Part shown: piece after piece, positions 58,741 through 64,000 of the stretch | How positions within the stretch are numbered: position 1 is the stretch's first letter | Layout of the letters: each line of letters starts with the position of its first letter | From: an uncultured Thermotogae bacterium | GTDB taxonomy: Bacteria > Bipolaricaulota > Bipolaricaulia > RBG-16-55-9 > DRXL01 | Length of the DNA: 64,000 nucleotides | Assembly: GCA_964473325.1 (NCBI GenBank) | Contig: CAYYOG010000002.1 | Coordinates: 55,168 to 119,167, forward strand | Reading direction: 5' to 3' | Made by a program: the position numbers and the translations under genes | Notes under the pieces: generated by a model | What the model saw: only the letters and a program-made list of their open reading frames with translations | What the model was told of the DNA's origin: nothing | Database searches by the model: none

Positions 58741-60076
58741 CGAAGACCTCCTTCAAGGAGAAGCTCAAACCCCATGAGTTCTTGTATCTCAGATACGCTA
58801 TGGCAAGCTTATAGAGAGCCGCGCGGTGCTCGTTCTCAAATTCGCGTTTCTCGATGATAAACGCCTCCCAATCTGTAGCGCTGAGCAATCCGCGCTCACG
58901 CTGCTGCTCCTTCATTACTTGTTGGAGAGCGATCAGCTCGCTCTGGAGTGCCAGCACGTCAAGCTGACTATACGCTTCCTGCAAAGCGTTGCGCTGGGTG
59001 AGTAGCTCGACTCTGACAGTCTCTCTGGTAGATTTGAGTGTCTGTTGGGCTGCAGCGAGCGCCCGCTGGGCCTCCTCGAGCTTGAGTGCTTGGTCCGTGA
59101 GAAAGCTGATGCGAACACTCAGTCCGATGCCCCAGCCGGCGCTTTGTGGATCGTAGTTTACAGTGAGTCCTAGTTGAGGGAGCGCATCTTGTTGTGCTTT
59201 GCTTAAGATACGCTCGGCTTCTGTAACTTGCTGCGTCGCACGGCGCACCTGTGCATCTTTCGAGATGACTTCAGGGGTGATCTCTAAGTGCAGGAGCACT
59301 TCAGCGAGATCTGTGAGCTCAGCCTTGACAGTTGGCGCTTGCCAGGTAGGTGTTTTCTCAAACCCATAGGTCACAAGAAATCTCTCTTGGGCGAGAGCGA
59401 AGTTACGCTGAAGCTTTGCCAAATTCAGCTCGCTCTGACGCAGCTCGATCTGCGCTGCTAAGAGATCTGTTTGCCCGGCTTGGCCGCTCTGGACTCTGCT
59501 GCGCACTGCGTCTAGGCGTTTTCTGCTCAAATCGACTCGTGCCTGGGCGATCTCGATGGACTCTTGAGCTATGGTCAGATCCAAGAGATCGCTGAGCGCG
59601 TTGAGAATAACTTGGCGTTGCGTCTCGGAGAGAGTTTGTTTGGCTTCTTCGAGCGCTCTTTGGCGGCGATCAAGCTCTATGGCTGCGTCGGTGAGTTTGA
59701 AATTCAGCAGCAAGGGCTGGGTCGCCTCACCGCTGAGGGTGCTCCGGAAGCTACCGTTCATATAGCTCAGACTTCCAATATAGCTAAGCCGGAACGTTGT
59801 GCCAGTGGGCAGGCTCAGCCCCAGAGAGAGCGTTGCGCTGCCTTGAATGCTGTTGCCCGAAAGCCCGATAGGTATGGCACTCACGGTGAATTGGGGCATC
59901 CAGACGCTCTGGTAGGCGAGCCTCAGCTCCTGTTCAGCGGTTGCAATATTGTCTTGAGTTTGAAGAATCGCTGGTGCACGCTGCGCTATCTGTTGGATGA
60001 CTTCTGAGATGGGCTGTGCCTGAGCTGATACGATGCAGAGCGTTATGAAGATAACAGCGAAGAGAACACGCTTCAT
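58733..60076 (-). CDS. tolC: TolC-family outer-membrane efflux channel
   Basis: Signal peptide MKRVLFAV...AQA; repeated coiled-coil/beta pattern. Start moved to the internal ATG at 60076, because the longest ORF would read through the upstream terminator. Confidence 0.75.
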   Translation of the reverse strand: MKRVLFAVIFITLCIVSAQAQPISEVIQQIAQRAPAILQTQDNIATAEQELRLAYQSVWMPQFTVSAIPIGLSGNSIQGSATLSLGLSLPTGTTFRLSYIGSLSYMNGSFRSTLSGEATQPLLLNFKLTDAAIELDRRQRALEEAKQTLSETQRQVILNALSDLLDLTIAQESIEIAQARVDLSRKRLDAVRSRVQSGQAGQTDLLAAQIELRQSELNLAKLQRNFALAQERFLVTYGFEKTPTWQAPTVKAELTDLAEVLLHLEITPEVISKDAQVRRATQQVTEAERILSKAQQDALPQLGLTVNYDPQSAGWGIGLSVRISFLTDQALKLEEAQRALAAAQQTLKSTRETVRVELLTQRNALQEAYSQLDVLALQSELIALQQVMKEQQRERGLLSATDWEAFIIEKREFENEHRAALYKLAIAYLRYKNSWGLSFSLKEVFDE

Positions 60077-60085
60077 AGCAAAAAG

Positions 60086-60116
60086 ATTATACTGAAATTG
60101 TGGAGAACTTGTGAAG
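60086..60116 (-). promoter_or_regulatory. Sigma70-type promoter for the tolC-adaptor-ABC operon; probably a leaderless or near-leaderless transcript
   Basis: On the minus strand: TTCACA, 18 nt, TATAAT, then 9 nt to the tolC ATG. Confidence 0.35.
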
Positions 60117-60120
60117 GACA

Positions 60121-60154
60121 AAAAAAAGCAGGGGCGTCCGGCTGGACGCCCCTC
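60121..60154 (-). terminator. Rho-independent terminator for the upstream porin-like gene
   Basis: Perfect 10-bp GC stem AGGGGCGTCC-GGCT-GGACGCCCCT, followed on the minus strand by T8. Confidence 0.6.
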
Positions 60155-60165
60155 TGCGAAGATAG

Positions 60166-60945
60166 CTACAAACCTAAGCCGAGAGAGAGGCCCTTGAAGA
60201 TCTGCCCCACCGTCAGGGTCTTCGACCATCCCGACTTGGTGAAGACCGTTGTCCCAACGAAGAGATAGTCTCCGAATTGCCTGCTCACGCTCAGAGTATC
60301 CGAAGCGAAGCCCTCGGCGGTGTAGACGGTTGTGCGCGTGATGGCCCACTCTTGGACGCTAAGAGAGATTCTCCAAATCTCTTGAGAGAGCCCGGACATC
60401 GTCAGTTCCGTCGTACGCGCGATTGAGACCCCTTGAACAGAGAAGCCTATGGTGAAGGCTTGCTTAGCGAACCCCTGCAAGGTCATGGTCGTCGCGCTAG
60501 AGAGCAAGACGTTCTCAGCTGTCGTCGCTGACACCCCTAGCGTGGCACTGCTGAAGGTGAACGCGAACTCTGGCAAGAACGCGTAGCTGTACGCGAACGC
60601 TACGGACAGATCAAGCCCAGCGTACTTGGTGCTCACGGTAGTCTGATCGCGAAAGACACCCTGTGGGTCAAGAACCGACTGGTCAACGATGGTGAAGCCG
60701 GCCAGTGCCCCCTGCGTAATCAAGATCAGTTGCTTCATAGCTACCGGCCTTAGGGTCAAGTCCAGTTGCCCACTCATCTGCCAGCCCCCGATCACTGATT
60801 GGGCTTGCACTGAGCAGAAGACCTGATCGAGTGCCGCCCCAGAAGGTGTGATGGGTAAGCTCACCGAGACTGTCACGTCCAGAGCCTGCGCTGCAGCAGT
60901 CACGCTCATTCCCACTGCGACAAGCACTATGAACAATTTCTTCAT
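60166..60945 (-). CDS. Outer-membrane beta-barrel / porin-like protein
   Basis: Signal peptide MKKLFIVLVAVGMSVTAAAQA; Thr/Ser/Val-rich alternating strands; RBS AAGGAGG. Confidence 0.4.
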   Translation of the reverse strand: MKKLFIVLVAVGMSVTAAAQALDVTVSVSLPITPSGAALDQVFCSVQAQSVIGGWQMSGQLDLTLRPVAMKQLILITQGALAGFTIVDQSVLDPQGVFRDQTTVSTKYAGLDLSVAFAYSYAFLPEFAFTFSSATLGVSATTAENVLLSSATTMTLQGFAKQAFTIGFSVQGVSIARTTELTMSGLSQEIWRISLSVQEWAITRTTVYTAEGFASDTLSVSRQFGDYLFVGTTVFTKSGWSKTLTVGQIFKGLSLGLGL

Positions 60946-61077
60946 ACCGACCTCCTTTTCCCGGCGTCTACTATATTGGGGACATGCGGGCTTGTCAGTT
61001 ACAGATGTCACGCATCATGGCAAAGCGCTGTCTCTTCGCTTACAATAGAGAACGATTCTTTGACACAGAGGAGCCTT

Positions 61078-62256
61078 ATGAAGCTATCTCACAGGGTTAT
61101 GCAGATTACACCGTCAGCGACACTGGCCGTCAAACGCGCGGCCGATGAGCTCAAGCGTCGCGGGATAAACGTTATCGATTTAGGGCCGGGCGAACCTGAT
61201 TTCCCCACCCCAGAACACATCAAGCGTGCAGCGGAAGAAGCGCTCGCGCAAAACTTTACAAAATACACAGCCGAGACAGGCATCTGGGAGCTGCGCGATG
61301 CCATCGCCCAAAAATATAACAGAGAGTACGGAACGCGCTACACGGCGGAAAACGTGCTCGTCACCAGCGGGGCGAAGCAAGCCCTTTATAATATCTCTGT
61401 CGCGCTCTTTGAACCCGGTGATGAGGTGCTCATTCCCGTCCCGTACTGGGTGAGCTACCCGGAGCAAGTCAAGCTTGTGGGAGCCTGTCCGATCTTCGTG
61501 CCTATGGACAGGGACTTTCAGATCAGTGCTGATCTGTTGCAGGAGCACATTACAGCCCGCACGAAGGCGATCATTCTCAACTCTCCGAATAACCCCGCAG
61601 GCACAGTGCTGGAGCGGCAGCATCTGCAAGAGATCGTGCAGCTTGCCCAACGACATAAGCTCTTTGTGATCTACGACGAGTGCTACGAGAAGTTCATCTA
61701 TGAGGGCGAGCACGTCAGCGTCGTGGAGTTTGACAGCGAGCACGTTATCGCAGTCAATTCGGCGTCCAAGACGTATGCGATGACCGGCTGGCGGTTGGGC
61801 TGGTCCGCAGCGCCGAAGGAGCTCACGCAAGCAATGGCTGCAATCCAAAGCCATTTGACGTCACATCCGACCTCGATCTCTCAGAAGGCAGCGCTGGCAG
61901 CCATCACAGGAGATCAATCGTGCGTCGAAGCTATGCTCTCCGAGTATCGGCGGCGACGGGAGGTCGTGCTGAACGAGCTAGAGAAGATCAAAGGGATCGA
62001 CTTTGCGATACCTCACGGAGCATTCTACGTCTTCCCCACGGTGTCGAGCTTTTTCAATGGGGACGCAAAAAATTCTGTGGACCTAGCGCGCTACTTGCTC
62101 GAAAAAGCGCATGTCGCGGTAGTCCCTGGCGCGGCGTTCGGTGCGGACAGCTATGTGAGGATTTCGTACGCAACGTCGCTGGAGCAGCTGCGCGAGGGCC
62201 TGAAACGTTTTCGCGAAGGTCTGGCTGCTTTACGAAGCCTTGAAGTCCGAGCTTAA
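61078..62256 (+). CDS. Aspartate / aromatic aminotransferase (class I PLP-dependent)
   Basis: SASKTYAMTGWRLG PLP-lysine region. Confidence 0.85.
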   Translation: MKLSHRVMQITPSATLAVKRAADELKRRGINVIDLGPGEPDFPTPEHIKRAAEEALAQNFTKYTAETGIWELRDAIAQKYNREYGTRYTAENVLVTSGAKQALYNISVALFEPGDEVLIPVPYWVSYPEQVKLVGACPIFVPMDRDFQISADLLQEHITARTKAIILNSPNNPAGTVLERQHLQEIVQLAQRHKLFVIYDECYEKFIYEGEHVSVVEFDSEHVIAVNSASKTYAMTGWRLGWSAAPKELTQAMAAIQSHLTSHPTSISQKAALAAITGDQSCVEAMLSEYRRRREVVLNELEKIKGIDFAIPHGAFYVFPTVSSFFNGDAKNSVDLARYLLEKAHVAVVPGAAFGADSYVRISYATSLEQLREGLKRFREGLAALRSLEVRA

Positions 62257-62547
62257 GATCACCTCGTGAATCTCTAAGATGTTCTTGCCGGTGAACATCT
62301 CTTTGGGTGGGGGTGGATTGGCCGAGTGGGCTTTCTCGAACTCTGGGCTCTTCGTCCAGTTCTCAAACGCTTCGTAACTCTCCCAATACGTCATCGAAAT
62401 ATAATAATCTCCTTGGATGGGCTTGAGCAACTGAAACTTCATAAAGCCGGGCATCTGCTCGACCAGTCTCTGACGATTTCGGAAGCGCTCCTCGAACTGC
62501 TTCTCGTACCCCTGAGCAACAGGAATGCGATTGGCGACCACGATCAT
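62230..62547 (-). CDS. ABM-domain monooxygenase (IsdG/heme-degrading-like)
   Basis: ~105 aa ferredoxin-like ABM pattern; converges on the aminotransferase gene and overlaps it by 27 nt. Confidence 0.6.
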   Translation of the reverse strand: MIVVANRIPVAQGYEKQFEERFRNRQRLVEQMPGFMKFQLLKPIQGDYYISMTYWESYEAFENWTKSPEFEKAHSANPPPPKEMFTGKNILEIHEVILSSDFKAS

Positions 62548-62627
62548 GCTCAATTCCTCCTCCAATCAAGAACTGATGAAAATCCTACTAAATTAGTCTG
62601 CTTTTGTCAAGCTCTGTGACACGTGCA

Positions 62628-62653
62628 TAGGGCCGATGTCTCCATCGGCCCTA
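62628..62653 (-). terminator. Strong stem-loop downstream of the PKD/dockerin-like gene (atypical terminator)
   Basis: Perfect 11-bp stem TAGGGCCGATG-TCTC-CATCGGCCCTA; the T-run is offset, so the assignment is tentative. Confidence 0.3.
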
Positions 62654-62683
62654 CTTGCTTGAACTATTCCGAGATGCTCTTTT

Positions 62684-64000
62684 TTACTGAATCGGCGTCC
62701 CTTTGATCCACTTTTGCAAGAGCGCCAGCATCATCAAGTCATCAATAGTCTTACCCGTGCCGGGGACAATGTGTTGCTTGATCCAGTACTGAAGTGCTTG
62801 GAGCATCTCCAGATCGCCGATGATCTTATCCTCGTCGGCGTCCAGCGCTTGCTCGATCGTCTTCGTGCTGGGTGGTGGGGGAGTTTGGTCAGAAACAATA
62901 AACTGAACACTATCCTCAGCTGTCCCGCCTTTGCCATCGGAAACTACAACCCTCATAGTGTGCGTTCCCTCAACGGGGTTTGCCCACTGCACATTAGGAG
63001 CGGTAGCTCTAGTTTGCTCCACACCGTTCAAAAACCACTTGTACGTCAGTGAGTCCCCATCGGGATCAGATGCCTGAGCATTAAAATAAACTATGTCTTC
63101 AGGAGTTGGGTTCCGGGGTGAGTAGGTCAGTTTGACCGTCGGAGAACGATTGGCAACTGCAGGACAAACAACGACGCCATACTCGATGTTTCTCGCATCG
63201 TTCCTGTAGTAAACTTCCGCTGATGTGTTGTCCACATCTTCTTTGGACACGGACACCGTGCCATCTTGCTGGGTCTGGTCATTCATAGTCACCCAATACC
63301 GGTGACGGCTCTTGAATTCCAATGGGCCGTAGCCCTGCCAGTTCAAGGGCGAACCCAGCTCATCGATCTTTGCAGTCCATATCTGATACATTCCTGGTGC
63401 TACAAGATGCCCCGCTATCTGAGCTCCAGCGCTCACTCTGAACCATCTCATAGGAGGACAAGGCCCTTGATCAGTAGGCGGCGGGGGAGGAGTGCTACCA
63501 TCCACAGCAACTTCCCAACGAAACTCCTGACCGGAACGCGTGTGACGAGCTATAAGCCAATACCGGCCGCTCGACGGTATAGGGACCCATCCTCCGTCGG
63601 ACACGGTGTACACGCTGCTCTCCCAGTAAGAACTCGCATCGAGATAGACGCTGGTAGGTTGCCATTCGCCGATGTAGGGTGGATCAGTCAGAAATTGGAC
63701 TTCTCCTGATACACCCGTGACCCAGAAGGTCTTCCCTTGGCCCTTCGTCAGGTTGATGGTTCCTGTTATGGGGCTACCGAACTCTTCTGTGGAGACGATC
63801 AATCCCCCACCTCCACCAGCAGGGCAGACGGTGACAGAGTAAGTTTTCGTGGACGATCTATTGACGTAGTGCACCAAGGCTACGTTCTGGGAGGAATCCC
63901 AGAGACTACCGGAGGACACCGTCGCTGAGCCATCGTCAGCGATGTAGACCGTGTATTTCCACCCCGCTCTGAATTGAGACGGCGCAGAGCTTTGCCAGTT
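62684..64000 (-). CDS. Secreted PKD-domain protein with a C-terminal dockerin-like tandem repeat; 5' end lies outside the window
   Basis: PKD-like FNAQASDPDGDSLTYKWF...MRVVVSDGKGG; C-terminal twin D.D.DK/TIDDL..L Ca-loop-like repeats; the frame stays open to position 64000; GC ~52%. Confidence 0.5.
   Translation of the reverse strand, partial: NWQSSAPSQFRAGWKYTVYIADDGSATVSSGSLWDSSQNVALVHYVNRSSTKTYSVTVCPAGGGGGLIVSTEEFGSPITGTINLTKGQGKTFWVTGVSGEVQFLTDPPYIGEWQPTSVYLDASSYWESSVYTVSDGGWVPIPSSGRYWLIARHTRSGQEFRWEVAVDGSTPPPPPTDQGPCPPMRWFRVSAGAQIAGHLVAPGMYQIWTAKIDELGSPLNWQGYGPLEFKSRHRYWVTMNDQTQQDGTVSVSKEDVDNTSAEVYYRNDARNIEYGVVVCPAVANRSPTVKLTYSPRNPTPEDIVYFNAQASDPDGDSLTYKWFLNGVEQTRATAPNVQWANPVEGTHTMRVVVSDGKGGTAEDSVQFIVSDQTPPPPSTKTIEQALDADEDKIIGDLEMLQALQYWIKQHIVPGTGKTIDDLMMLALLQKWIKGTPIQ

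Noticed and set aside
58733-60349. Longest-ORF start of tolC at 60349
   Set aside because: It would read through the intrinsic terminator hairpin and the upstream gene's 3' end. The signal peptide begins at the internal ATG at 60076, directly downstream of a -10/-35 pair.
1-64000. CRISPR arrays or other regularly spaced repeat clusters
   Set aside because: No short direct repeats with regular spacers were seen. The non-coding stretches are short and unique.

Overview
This is a gene-dense, high-GC (~60%) bacterial chromosomal segment. Many adjacent genes overlap by 4 nt (ATGA), and ribosome-binding sites are AAGGAGG or AAAGGGGG-like. TolC, MacAB-type efflux genes and outer-membrane barrel proteins suggest a diderm organism. 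Most of the window is core housekeeping: potABCD, etfAB, tsaB, ribF, nrnA, gcvH-PA-PB, pth, rplY, prs, tyrS, purA, birA, ileS, mutL and an aspartate aminotransferase. The most notable locus is a complete Pup/UBact-type tagging system with a 20S proteasome, in the order dop, small UBact/Pup-like tag, prcB, prcA, pafA. It sits next to tRNA-Phe and tRNA-Asp, has no AAA unfoldase gene in the window, and coexists with an hslVU pair about 6 kb downstream. Other notable features:
- A parvulin-type PPIase is fused to a SecD P1-head-like periplasmic domain.
- dnaA is short (no domains I/II) and is followed directly by recF and a DUF721/DciA-like gene.
- An 8.4 kb single-strand operon runs nfnB-like, porGDAB, korDABG, gdh (amino-acid/2-oxoacid fermentation).
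- Two tandem secreted proteins carry FlgD/T9SS-CTD-like tails.
- Two lower-GC patches look horizontally acquired: a frameshifted beta-helix gene at 54.8-55.7 kb and a PKD/dockerin-like protein at 62.7-64 kb.
- Two operons have consensus promoters placed for leaderless mRNAs.
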